DNA from: Octopus sinensis
Lineage: Eukaryota
Direction: 5' to 3'
Assembly: GCF_006345805.1 (NCBI RefSeq)
Contig: NC_043006.1
Span: 43,462,001-43,526,000 of the forward strand
DNA length: 64,000 nt
Shown: positions 38,600-51,492 of the stretch, piece by piece
Layout: each line of letters starts with the position of its first letter
Numbering within the stretch: the first letter of the stretch is position 1
Notes under the pieces: model-generated
Told to the model about the DNA's origin: nothing
The model's input: only the letters and a program-made list of their open reading frames with translations
Database searches by the model: none
Program-made: the position numbers and the translations under genes

Positions 38600-38892
38600 A
38601 CCCTGCCGGTGCTGGTGCCACTTAAAAAGCATCCAGTCCACACTGTAAAGTGGTTGGCATTTGAAGGGGCATCCAGTGGTAAAAATTATGCGAAAACTGA
38701 CCTCACTTGTGCTGGTGCCATGTAAAGAGCACTCAGTTCATTCTGTGGGGTGGTTTGTGCTAAGGGCATCCAGTCACAAAGACTGTGCCAAAACAGACAC
38801 AAAAGTCTGGTACAATCTTCTGCCTGGCCAACTCCTGTCAAACTGTCCAATCCATGCCAACATGGAAGAAGGACGTTAAACAATGATGATGA
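38600..38892 (+). mobile_element. RTE 3' UTR tail (older subfamily)
   Basis: Ends ccatgccaacatggaagaaggacgttaaacaatgatgatgatg. Confidence 0.75.
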
Positions 38893-39054
38893 TGAAGATA
38901 TCACATGTCTCGCTGTTTTAATATTCAATTGCAAAAAATGAAAACAAAAAATTTCGAAATGCTTTAAGGAAGGTTTATGTAATGGATACATTTCCTACTA
39001 TAAATTAAACAAACCTCAAATGTACGTAATAGACTATTTCAAAATATCACTGTT

Positions 39055-39440
39055 TACTCTTTACTTGTTTAAGTCATTTGACTGTGGCCATGCTGGAGCA
39101 CCACCTTTAGTCAAGCAAATCAACCCCAGGACTTATTCTTTGTAAGCCTTAGTACTTATTCTATCGGTCTCTTTTGCCGAACCGCTAAGTTACGGGTACA
39201 TAAACATACCAGCATTGGTTGTCAAGCAATGTTGGGGGGACAAATACACACATGTGTGTATATATATATATATATATATACGACGGGCTTCTTTCAGTTT
39301 CCCTCTACCAAATCCACTCACAAGGCTTTGGTCGGCCCGAGGCTATAGTAGAAGACACTTGCCCAAGGTGCCACACCGTGGGATTGAACCTGGAACCATG
39401 TGGTTCGAAAGCATGCTACTTACCACACAGCCACTCCTAC
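39055..39440 (-). mobile_element. SINE family A, full length
   Basis: Matches the other SINE A copies. Confidence 0.9.
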
Positions 39441-39601
39441 AACAACAACAACAAAAAGTCAATGATGGAGAGAATGTTAGAAAAAAGTGAAATGGCTTTT
39501 TTGGAATGAACCAAGCCCTTAAAATAATTATCAACAATTCCCTATTAGAAAAAGAACTTCATGTTTTACATACAACTTACTAAACAGCCTGGTAAACATA
39601 C

Positions 39602-39632
<31 letters not shown>

Positions 39633-41219
39633 TGCATGCACATAGGCACACATTCATGTACATATATAATTTTATATAAATACCACAACCTTCTCTCATT
39701 CCCTGTTTCCTTGTCCCCACACATTTGGTTGCTCACACATCCATGTAAACAACATCTGAATTATTACAATCCCCAACAACTACTACTACTACAACCACTG
39801 TTTCTGCTGCTACTACTGTTACTGCTACTACCACCTATCTAAATCAGTCAGTGATGCATAAATATATATGATTGTGTTGTTGGAAGAAATAACAGGATTT
39901 TTATTTTTAATATTAGTGAACTGGAAAAACCAAAATACCAAGATGAACAACAACAACCACAACACATGAACTAAAAAAAAAGTAACTTCTCATAAAAAGA
40001 CATATACACACCTTCCTACAACTACAAATACAGCCATCACCACCAACAACAACTACATTCATCACCACTACATTCCTATGAGAATGAGTAAATTATTGAT
40101 ATGTCACTGTGAATGAGTTCATTATCTCAGACGAAGAAAAAAGAGAAAAAGTTGCCAGTTTCCGTCCCAAAACTATGTCAGCATCATTTCTGCTTTTGCA
40201 ACTGTTGTTAAGATCAATAGGGTTCGTTTGGAATGCCATCACAGAACTTTCACTTTCTTTATATTTTCTTACAACACACACACACATTCTCTCTCTCTCT
40301 CTCTCTGTCCCTCTCCTTCTCTTCCCACACCTCTCACCTTCAAATTTTAATAATTATACTTTTTTGTTTATTGCTTTATTTCCCTTTTTTAATTTTTTGC
40401 ACATAATTATAGAAAACTTGGTTCTTTTAGAGAAAAACAAATCAAATTTTAAGGCTGCCTTAACTCTGATATCATTTTTATGTTATCCGAGAAAATGAAG
40501 ATGTTGCTACTACTACTACTACTGATGATGATGTTGATGATAATAATAATAGATGAAGATGTACTGGGTTGAGGTGACAATAGGCTCTAATTGAAATGAA
40601 GCCAGTCAAAAAACATGTTGAATCCTGATAGGAAGAGTTGATGAGAGACTGGATAAGGTAGCATAAAAATTACATGGCCATATATACACACACATAAGTA
40701 CATGTACGCACACACACACATATGTATAATATATATATATATGTAGATAGAGAGATGTAACTATGGTTCTGGTGGGAGAGTTGATAAAGTCTATGACGAT
40801 GACAAGGACAGAGGAGGAAATAAAGGAATAATGAATACAATGAAAGAGAAAGAAAAAAAACAATAAAGAAGGGGAAAAAAATGATGAAAGTTCAAAGAGA
40901 AAAAGATGGAAGTAGTGTGTAGAGGCAGAAGAGGGAAGAAACCCTACAAGGTGGGGAAAAGCTTGCAGTACAAACTTGTAGGTAATGAGGATGACATAAC
41001 TAGAACTTAATATTTGTTCCATCAAAGTAGTATTGAATGCCTCAAGGCTTACAGCAAATTGAAGTAAAACAGAGATGAATGGTATGAACCCCCCCCCCAC
41101 ACACACACACTTTTATTTTTTCTTGATTTGATTTCTATTCCCAGTGGAAACCACATAGTTTATAATACTTATTCGTTCCTCACCCAAAAAGGGTATTAAA
41201 AATCACAGTATTTGCCCTG

Positions 41220-41260
<41 letters not shown>

Positions 41261-41284
41261 TAGATAGAAAGAAACATACATATA

Positions 41285-41458
41285 TGGCATGTAAAAAGCA
41301 CCTACTACACTCTAGGAGTGGTTGGCCTTAGGAAGAGCATCCAGCTGCAGAAACCTTGCCTGATCAAATTGAAGCTTGGTGCAGCCAACTGGCTTGCTAA
41401 TCCACAACCCATCCAACCCATGTCAGCATGGAAAGCGGATGTTAAATGATGATGATAA
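41285..41458 (+). mobile_element. RTE 3' UTR tail
   Basis: Ends gcatggaaagcggatgttaaatgatgatgat. Confidence 0.75.
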
Positions 41459-41638
41459 TATATATAATGTAAATGCTTTCCAAAATAAAATTGCACTTTA
41501 TGTTTTCTGCTCTGATGAAGCTATAGGGTGATACTCAAGCATTTGACTATGAGTGCATTGCATCTTATAGCAGAAACACCTGTAAACTAAAGAAGTTAAT
41601 AACCTAATTATTTACTCCTTTGTTATCTAAATTTCTTT

Positions 41639-41714
<76 letters not shown>

Positions 41715-42177
41715 GAAGAAAAAGAAGTGGAGAAAGAGAAATTACATATACATGTATATGTGAGTGTAGGAGACATCCATTAGTCACCATAGATCTGGCC
41801 CAGGAAAGTCTTGCCTTGGTCATGTTGGTACAGCAGTATGTCCTGTGACCAGCGTGTGTGTATCTGTCTGTGTGTGTATACACATACATACATATATTCA
41901 GCCTTTCATATTATCTACACACAGACACACAAGGAATAGCAATACAAATTCTTCTGAATGGGTAACAGAGATGGGGTAGGTGGGGGTGGTCATATTGCTT
42001 GCAGAGAAATGGATAGATAAGATAATTGAGGGAACCAGCATGTGATAGGATAATTAAGATTAGGTTGGTATTGGACAGAATGACAGTGACATTTATCTCT
42101 TATGCATCAAAGTTAGGTCAGTAGATGAGCAGAAGACCATTTTTATGAGATTCTTCTGTAGACTACTTCCAAAATGA

Positions 42178-42540
42178 ATGACAGCAAACCCATTTTCATG
42201 ACTAAGAATTTTAATGAACATGCTGGACGTTAACGAGCAGTCTGCTTGCAAAATGGTACTTACGTTGATGGTACACAATATAAGGAAAGATCAGTACTCC
42301 TGGAGTTCTGTGATGCAAATGATCTTACCATCTGCCACATCAGTTTCAAGAAACTGGCCAGTCAGCTGATCACTTATCCAATAGGGTGAATACTGAAGCC
42401 ATACAGGCTTTGCACCAAACAGGATCAGGAAAAGGGATTAGTAGTTGCTTGTAAATATTAAGATTATCTTAGGTAGAGAATGTAGCAACCAATACAGACC
42501 AGTGGTTAGTGGCTTCAGAATAACAGCTAGATGGATCAAG
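42178..42540 (+). mobile_element. Decayed RTE AP-endonuclease fragment
   Basis: IFMTKNFNEHAG...LLEFCDANDLTICHISFKKLASQLITY...RECSNQYRPVVSGFRI matches the RTE GDFNGHVG/LLEFC..N.L/HRLVV motifs. Contains stops. Confidence 0.75.
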
Positions 42541-43002
42541 CGGCAGAGGAAAGCAAGTCTTTCTTGTTCTTTTCCTGTCTAGCAACTTACTCAGAAACCT
42601 CAGTAGTGCCCATGGCATGAGGAAAGTAGCCAGTATACACTGTAAAGTAGTTGGCATTAAGAAGTGCATCCAGTTGTAGTGACCATGTCAAAATTAACAT
42701 TGGAGCATGACACAGCCGTTTGGTTGTGGGATCTTGTCAAACCATCCAACCCATGACTGCAAGGTGATGATGATGATGGCCAAGGCTGACAAGAAAGTTC
42801 GAAGAGGTAGGACGAATACAAAGTCATAGATGCATTAACTGACACACATGACAAGACAAAGGAGATAAAAAAGTTATAACATACAACACAATTAGGTGGT
42901 TCTGTGGGACAACCTACCGAGAGTAACAGGCCAAATCTGTAAACAGAGTAAGGTGCCAACCAAAAAGAGAGGTAACATAGCGTGTGTGTGTATATATATA
43001 TA

Positions 43003-43881
43003 CACATGGTCTGATCAATAAGTATCCGGACTGTTGCTATAGTAATGAAGCTAAAACATGCAGAGTAAAGCTGCTTTGCACAGATTGACCTTGACTTCTG
43101 CTGTGCATGTGCACTAAGTTTTAACGTTCTAGCTCACATCTGATGTTTACAGCAGTGCTTGGAAGGAATGTGTGTAGCGTGTGATCATTGCATTGACTAT
43201 GACAGAGAAAGTTGTCATGGTGATACCTGCTGAGAAGGCCATGCAAAGTTGCAGAAAGCGTATGGAGAGGAGTGTATGTGTCGCACAGATGTACATGAGT
43301 GGTTCAGATGTTTCCAAGATGGCTGAAAAATATGTCGACGTTGACAAATGTTCTGAGAGACCTGCAACCAGCAGAACTGAGAAAAACATCATAGATGTGC
43401 ATGCAGCTGTGAGGGGAAATCATCAAAACACCATCCATGAGTTATCAGAGGATGTGCAGATTAATTATCATTCAGCTCAGTCCTTTATCACTGAAGATTT
43501 GGGTATGAGTCAGCCAAGTTTGTGCCAAAACTGATTTCAGTTGACCAAAAGAAAACTCAGGTTTCAGTTGCACAAGATCTACTGGATTGTATCAAGAACA
43601 ATGAAAACTTTGTGTATGCCTCTGAGCAAGTATCACCAAGCTTTTGGCAAAATCTGATGCAGATACTACTCAACTTCCTCTGTTGTGGTAAATGCAATGA
43701 TAACACGCTACACACCTTCCTTCCAAGCACTGCTGTAAACAGCGGAAGTGAGCTAGAATGTTAAAACTTGCTGTGCATGCACAACAGAGATCAAGGTCAA
43801 TCCATACCTAGCAACTTCCCACTGCACGCTTTAGATTTTGTTACTATGGCAATAGTCTGGATACTTATTAATCAAATCATG
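43003..43881 (+). mobile_element. Internally deleted mariner element with long (~190 bp) inverted termini and TA flanks
   Basis: catggtctgatcaataagtatccggactg...ggatacttattaatcaaatcatgta TIRs. Transposase remnant RPATSRTEKNIIDVHAAVR..TIHELSEDVQI..TEDLGM / PKLISVDQKKTQV. Confidence 0.9.
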
Positions 43882-45194
43882 TATACAGATATTCTATCAT
43901 CAATGCAGAGAACTAGGTCGAGATCCCCAAAGATACAAGTACACACATATGTACATAAATATACATGTTGAAAATAGATGTTAGCCTGTAGTAGTAGTAG
44001 TAGTAGTAAACATGAAGAGCATTGAAAATACAATAAAAGAGTAATTGCAGCAGTGATAGCAATGATGACAAGGGTTGAAAACAAGAAAGGGAAATAAAAA
44101 TTAAAAAAAAAAACAAAAAAACAGAGAAAGTGTGAGTAGTAGAATAGAGGTCAGGAGAAAAGATGAGAAGCAAAAAGAACAATGTATAAAGTTTGTCATA
44201 ATAATGATAATAATAATGATGATGATGATGATAATAATGATAAAATGAAAAGAAAGAAAGGAAATGATAAGAGAAAAAGAAAGAGGAAATTTATGTAAAA
44301 CAAATGGATGTAAGATAACTTGATTGCAAAAATACAAAAATATTCTGAAAAATAAGAAAGTGTACATATGTGTGTGTTTGTGAAGTGCTTGTGTGTGTAA
44401 GTATACATATGAAATTGTGTGTGATGTGTGTATATATATATATATATGTATGTATATGCATACATATATACAAACACACATGCATATATACATACACATA
44501 CACAGTTGTATGAATTTATGAGTATTATTTGTGTGTGTGTGTGTATAATCTATGCATAACCTGTATACATTTATACATCTGTATGTTTAAGAGAAAGCAA
44601 AAGAGAGAATGCTATATTTTTAGTTTGAGAATAAATAATTAGAGTTAAATGAAGGGTGGAGTGGAGGGGGGAGAAATGAGAGAGAGAGAGTGTGTGTGTG
44701 TGTGTGTGTGCTGGTTGGATGTAGCAGCTGTGTTCACTGGAGAGTAATCAATATCCTATAATTGTCAATCAATTTAAATCATAATAGTCTTAATTATTGT
44801 TAGTAATTGATGGAGAGTGTGTGTGTGTGTGTGGTGGTGGGGGGAGGAAAATTCTGTTATTTCCTGCCTTTGGTGAGGCATAAAAGAGAGACTAAGCTGG
44901 GGCAAGAGAACGAGAGAGAGAGAGAGAGAGAGAGAAAGAAAGAGTAGAAAATAGTGAGATAGAAAAGGAGAAGAGAGCAAAAACATTAATGTGTGTGTGT
45001 GTTGTGTTTGGACATAGAAACAAATGAAATGGTACTCAACACATGTGGTTTGTTTATTGATTTGAAACCAATCATTCATTCAACTGTTACTCTGAGTTGC
45101 TCACTTTGTGTGTATTGGTTCATGCAACAAGAATATGAATGTATAAACATATATAAATCTAGACTTCAAAATCATGATACAGGTACGATAAACT

Positions 45195-45500
45195 AAACTC
45201 GACCCCATCGGTCATGAATGACCATGGGTGCACCAAAGAGGTTCCCTGCCCTGAATACAAGTCTGGGCAGAAATTCGCCTCACTGGCGAATGCACAACCT
45301 AGAGTTGTTTTTATGAAACACCAGCAGTCACCCATACATACCAGCCACCCCTTTCCATGCCACCAATGTTACCCAAGAGAAGGTCAAAGGCCAATACAGC
45401 TTGGCACCAGTGACGTCGCAACTCATTTCTACAGCTGAGTGAACTAGAGCAACGTGAAATAAAGTGTCTTGCCCAAGAACACAACATGCAGCTCAGTCCA
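45195..45500 (-). mobile_element. SINE family B, 5'-truncated at the adjacent MITE
   Basis: Reverse complement of 22564-22905. Confidence 0.75.
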
Positions 45501-45505
45501 AGGTA

Positions 45506-45729
45506 CAACAATCCCTCGACTATTGTGAGTGTTATGTTCCAAAACACCTCACGATAGGTAAAAATCCACAAAGTAGAAACAGTACTGTCCTGTATATTTT
45601 TACAAATTATTTTTATAATTTGCATATATTTATTTTATTATAAATGCAAAACAACACCACAGAGGAATCGATGCAAGCTTAAATAATAAACTGTGATATG
45701 GTGAACCGCAATATGGCAAGGGATTACTG
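45506..45729. mobile_element. pogo/Tigger-type MITE
   Basis: TA-caacaatccctcgactattg...caatatggcaagggattactg-TA imperfect TIRs. Confidence 0.7.
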
Positions 45730-45904
45730 TATATCTGCTACCTAATTCTACAGCTTTCATCTAAATTACAATGTTAAATTTTCTCTGCTCATTTGCCTGA
45801 TTTCTGTTGGCCTGTTATGTTTTTCAGTGAGTTTGGTGGCTTGTTTGAGTATTTTAACTCTTATTTCTAGCATGCTGGTACTTCGCATACCCTCTATTAT
45901 TCTT

Positions 45905-46115
45905 TTATTCCTTTATTCTTTTACTTGTTTCAGTCATTTGACTGGCCATGCTGGAGCATCACCTTCAGCCAAATGAATCGACCCCAGGACTTGTTCTTTG
46001 TAAGCCTAGTACTTTTTCATTCAGTCTCTTTTTGCTGAGTTGCAGGGATGTAAACACACCAACAACGGTTGCCAAGTGGTGATGGAGGAACAAACACCAA
46101 CACACGAATACATAC

Positions 46116-46167
<52 letters not shown>

Positions 46168-46835
46168 TATATATATTCATACATGCTTTCTTATCTATCT
46201 AACTATTTTTATCTAATTTCTATATCTATCTAATTATTTAAACTAATTTATCCATTCTCTCCTCTCGTGTATTCATCAACCATCGTGTATTCGCGGTGCA
46301 AACCACCACCAATACCGGATATCTCTATATTTTTGCTCCATCCATACCGGATGTCGCTTCTCCCACCACCATAATAGGTGTCTACTCTTCGAACCCCCCT
46401 CTTCAATACGCTATTTCACCATGCATTACCCCTCTCTTGATATCCTACGTTCTACTTGCCTAGAACCTGTCATCATTTCTCTGAACCACCCCTCCCCACT
46501 GGTGCTCCCCTATATTTCTGCACACACACCCCCACATAAAAAGCACCATCCGAACGTGGCCGATGCCAGACCCCTCTGGCACCTGTGCAGGTGGCACGTA
46601 AAAAACACCCACTACACTCGCGGAGTGGTTGGCGTTAGGAAGGGCATCCAGCTGTAGAAACTCTGCCAGACTAGACTGGAGCCTGGGGCAGTCCCTAGCT
46701 CCCCAGACCCCGGTCGAAACCGTCCAACCCATGCTAGCGCGGAAAACGGACGTTAAACGATGATGATGATGATGATACAACAGGCTTTTTTCAGTTTCCG
46801 TCAACCAAATCTACTCACAAGGCTTTGGTCAGCTT
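45905..46835 (-). mobile_element. SINE A split by an unclassified CpG-rich segment (~46190-46530) and a plus-strand RTE tail (46530-46775)
   Basis: SINE A halves at 45905-46110 and 46776-46835. Confidence 0.7.
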
Positions 46836-46864
46836 TTGGCTTTATACATATATAAAGAGAGAGA

Positions 46865-47040
46865 GGGTGATGAACTAGCAGAATCATTAGCACACTGGAC
46901 AAAGTGCTTTGTGACATTTCATCTCTCTTCACATTCTGAGTTCAAATCCTGCCAAGGTCGACTTTAACTTTCATCCTTTTGGGGTCAATAAAATAAGTAC
47001 CAGTAATTGACTTATCCTCACCCCAAAAATTTTAAACCAA
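46865..47040 (+). mobile_element. SINE family D
   Basis: ttctgagttcaaatcctgccaaggtcgactttaactttcatcctttt. Confidence 0.7.
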
Positions 47041-47254
47041 TATGAGAGAGAGATGTAATTAAAGGTTTTAGGAATGAAATGACATTAATTTGAATAGAAT
47101 AGAAGAAAGATGGGTAAGTCAGGAGGTGATGTAAACCGTCTGTAATGTGTGTAAGATAATGAGCAAAAAAGGTTGTTGTCAGGTGGTAGAGGTTATATGT
47201 AACCAGAATGAGGGATGGTCAGTTTTGGATTGTAATAGATGTAAACATACTTAC

Positions 47255-47335
47255 CAACAGATGTAGGGAGTTCACCCCACTGTAGAACAACATTTTTTGT
47301 AATCTTGCCACTAGTGTTCACATAAACTCCTTCAT
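47255..47335 (-). CDS. msn: misshapen/MAP4K4-family CNH exon ([27 protein letters not shown])
   Basis: Polypyrimidine acceptor tttctctctctctctccag, donor gtaagt. 81 nt, phase 1 to 1. Contains the EGVYVNT..G...VVLQWGE.PTSV motif. Confidence 0.96.
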
Positions 47336-47788
47336 CTGGAGAGAGAGAGAGAAAAAAAGATGAATTTAGATATATGCTGGCCTTACAAAGAAATGTTCAA
47401 ACATTTACCCACAAGGCTCCAGCATGGCGATAACCATAATGCTTTAAGCCAAATAAAAAAAGCATATACACACAAATCAGATTGGATCAAGTTGTAAATA
47501 CGATCTAAGCTCAAATTTGCTGAAGATATTGTGTTTGTGTTGAAGATTTATTAAACTGTAGATGCCGTGGTTCTCATAGTTGTGACGCAAAAGTTACAGG
47601 ATATTTGAGAGGGGGTTTTAGGTTACAAGCTTATCAAATATAGAGGGAAACTAATGCAATGTTGTATTGGTCCTCAAAAACATCTATAGAAGATTTATAC
47701 ATACAGCGCTGCATGTGTGTGCGTTTTATCACCCTCTGCAGTGTTTGTCCAAGTAGCATTACAAATTCTTTAGTATCCTTGCTGATGT

Positions 47789-48998
47789 ACATGATTAATT
47801 CCAAATATATCTACAAATATACTGATAATCTAAGTAACCATGCATGGTTCTAAGTGCTTCAAAAGTAAACTAGTCCTAACCAGGCCAAAACTGTGTTCCT
47901 TCATTTGTCTGGCCACTTCTTTTTTTATATGAGCTGTCACTCCACAAACTTTTATTTCAAGGCAAAACTGAATACATCTTATAGAAACTACACAAATACA
48001 CACATGTAGCAGTGTGCATGCACACACAAAATGCAACAGTGCCAATGCAATAAAAATCAACACCAAGTTGCATCTTGTCTTCTCTACAAGGAAGAGGAGA
48101 AAGAATTCAGGAATATGAACAAAGGGAAGCTGAGATGCCATTTTCTGAACAATAGAAAGATGGATTTAAGACAATCAATTGGGTTCCCAAGCCATATGGC
48201 AGTAATGCAGCTTTGCACTCATCTTCCGGCAATGGTTTCACTTGACAAAGAAGTCACGATCATTGAAGTGACAAAGCCTTGACAAGTGAAGGAAAGAGCT
48301 TAAAACAGGGTCTTAAAGAATTGTGTGAGGCACGAGGATGGCAGTGTAAGGTGCTTCCAATAGTGGAGGAATGCCTAAGTTTGTAGTGAGAGTAGGGGTT
48401 CGCAGACTGATGAGGGAAGCAGTAAATGCTTGGGCATGTGAGAAAAAGACCAAACTTAACAGCAATAAATAAATCATGTACAAGTAATAAATTAAAATAA
48501 ATGCTACATGGTTGGAGAGGTTACAACAGCATCTGGTCTGGTTTGGTGTGGATAATGGATTGGAAAGTGTGCTAGAGTTGGCCAAAAGATTTCCTTGGTA
48601 GCATCAATGTGCCTTGGCACCGATGGAGTGATACTTTTGGAAGGTGTCAAAATCATAATGATCTCTAACCAACAGCTGTTGATGAGGGGGATATACACTT
48701 ACCTTACACTAAAACAAAGTTCAGGTTATAACCTGACAAGAGAATGTGCACATGATTAATTCCAAATATATCTATAGATATACTGATAATCTGACTAAGT
48801 AACCATGCATGGTTCTAAATGCTTGAAAAGTAAACTAGTCCTAACCAGGCCAAAACTGTGTTCCTTCATTTGTCTGGCCACTTCTTTTTTTATATGAGCT
48901 GTCACTCCACAAACTTTTATTTCAATGCAAAACTGAATACATCTTATAGAAACTACACAAATATATACATGTAGATGTGTGCTGCACACACAAAAATG
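47789..48998 (+). repeat. Direct duplication of ~245 bp (47789-48033 and 48750-48998)
   Basis: Core aagtaaactagtcctaaccaggccaaaactg...gaatacatcttatagaaactacacaaata is nearly identical in both copies. Offset 961 bp. Confidence 0.92.
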
Positions 48999-49025
48999 AG
49001 AAAAACATTCACCGACAACCATGAG

Positions 49026-49456
49026 TAGAAGCATAATGAGGGAGGGGGCAAGGGGGCACAAACCCCAGGCGCCGATTGAAGGGGGGCACAGATTAAAGGG
49101 GGATTCCTCATCAAAAGCAAGAAAGATGAGACTTAAAACAATTGTATATATATATATTTTTTTTTATTACATCTCATTTCACACATTAGTTTTTTTCATG
49201 TTTTAATCAGGGAAGGGTTAAAATAAGGAGGTTTCATAAAGTAGACATTCAAAAAATATATTTTGAATTACAAGGCTGTACCGAACTGGCAGGTAAATGA
49301 ACCTTGGTAAAGTATTTATTCCTAAATTATTGCTTTAAAACATTAATTACATGTAACAAATATGTACTGTGTAATATCGTGAATTTTGTAATGGGGTGGG
49401 TGGGGGCGCATTTTTGCAGCTTACCACGGGCGTGGTTTACCCTAGCTATGCCACTA
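49026..49456. mobile_element. Degenerate non-autonomous DNA transposon (hAT-like end cctagctatgccacta)
   Basis: 3' end resembles cagtggcgtagctagg-type TIRs. G-rich subterminal tracts. 5' end decayed. Confidence 0.4.
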
Positions 49457-50509
49457 CATATGAATTTCAAAATTACCACAATTATTAGTGAAGAGCATTT
49501 GAAATGCGCATATTTTGAGTGACTGTTGTATTATTTTTGTACATACCTGTATATGGTGTATGCTGGGAAATATAATAACTTCATTCGACAGGAGGTAAAA
49601 TCTAGATATTTTACCTCTCTCTTTCTCTCTCACATACACACATACAAACAGACATGATATATTCTCATTGGACAATCCTGGCAGGCAGATAGTCAGAAAG
49701 CCAGCAGAATATAGATAAAAACAACAACAATAGCAATCACTACACAGTACTGGTGGTGTAGAGGAGAATGACTTAATGTATGCAATATCAAGTTAAAGAA
49801 CAGCTGTATTGTTTAGTGACATAGTAGAGGAGGTTAAACATCGCAAAATATGAAAAACACCACCAAAGCTATAATAGAATCCATGAGAAAGAAAGAAGGA
49901 AAAACAGAAAGAAAGAATATAAATCACCCTCATTGCTATTGTTTCTTGCAGCAATATCAGAAATGAAATGGAAATGTATTAAACTCAAGTTATCTATACG
50001 CAACAGTTGATGTTTCTTTATTAAGCAACATGCAGAAATTATTTCAATTTAGACAAAGTTTGCTGAAAAATATTAAAATATGACTTTTGTTTCAATTCTT
50101 TTTCTTTTCTGTTCTTCATTTTATTCTGCTTTTGTATTATTTGCCATAATTTCCTCTTTGTTCATATGTATTAGAGCAACTGACATGTAGCTTATAAACA
50201 TGTCAGATGCGCTAATATATACGAACAAAGATAACCTAATTAGTTTCATTGTAATTAATTAATGTTGAAGTTTACAGATGTTTTCACAACTTTGCACATG
50301 TCAGAAAATTTTTGTTCTTATTAAGAGTCATCAATGAATAGCAACAACAATGACAGCTATATGCCACAAGATATTTATACATATATGATTATTATTATTA
50401 TTATTCTCTTAACAGCTACAGATAAATTCCAACAGAAGGGTGGCTTCAAAAATGGGCTAAATTGCAAATCAAGACCAACTTCCAATAAATAAACTGTACT
50501 TAAGAATTA

Positions 50510-51492
50510 TAGGAACAGTCAGAACCTTAAAAACTGCCAGGAGTAATAATGATCCACATCCAAAATTGATTACTTCACTGGAGTTTACACTCACATTACT
50601 TACAAACAAGGCTGGCTGAAGTTACCAACAACTTGAAATATAACAGTGAGATAAAATTCCAAACCTGCCTAGATGGTTAATTAACAATGTCTTATTCCTA
50701 CATTTCAAGTTTGGCATAGATTTTATGGCTGGACACCTTTCTTATTGCCAACCTGTTTACAAAATGTACCGGATATATTTCATCAAGCCATCAGCACTGA
50801 AAAGGTTGTCATAGCTTCTACAAGACTAAATATCTTGTTTACTCTGTATTGTTGTGCTTCATTGTGGAACCAGCATTAAAGGGGTTGCTATGTCCCTAGC
50901 TAGACTAAATAAGTATCTTCAGTTACTTGCAAACTACCTTACAATATACTAAATGTATTTTATTTTGGCATTGGTACTTAAGAGTTTATTTCATATGGGT
51001 TAGTGTAAAGAATCATCTCTTCTCCATATTATCTCCATTTATCCACCAGAATCTGAGGGCTCACTTATCCCTAAACCAGATAATTATTTAAGCTTGCTAG
51101 GGACATAGCAACCTCTTAGTGCTGGTTCCACAATGAAGCACACCATGTTGGAGACAATACAGAGTAAACACGATATTTAGTCTTGTAGAGGCTATGACAA
51201 CCTTTTCAGTGCTGATGGCATGATGAAATATATCCGGTACATTTTGTAAACAAGTTGGCAATAAGAAAGGTGTCCAGCCATAAAATCTATGCCAAACTTG
51301 AAATGTAGGAACAAGACATTGTTAATTAAGCATCTAGGCAGGTTTGGAACTTTGTCTCACTGTTATATTTCAGGTTGTTGGTAACTTCAGCCAGCCTTGT
51401 TTGTAAGTAATGGAATCCAAATTGTGAAGTAATCAATTTCGGATGTGGATCATTATTACGCCTGGCAGTCTTTAAGGTTCTGACTGTCCCTA
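50510..51492. repeat. Inverted duplication of ~400 bp (50510-50914 vs 51082-51492)
   Basis: The arms are reverse complements with few differences. Second arm is flanked by tccctaaaccagat at 51068-51081 and 51487-51500. Confidence 0.93.

Noticed and set aside
47830-48141. Duplicated segment as mutually exclusive msn cassette exons
   Set aside because: Candidate acceptors give stops or phases that do not fit the phase-1 intron, and the peptide does not belong in the CNH alignment.
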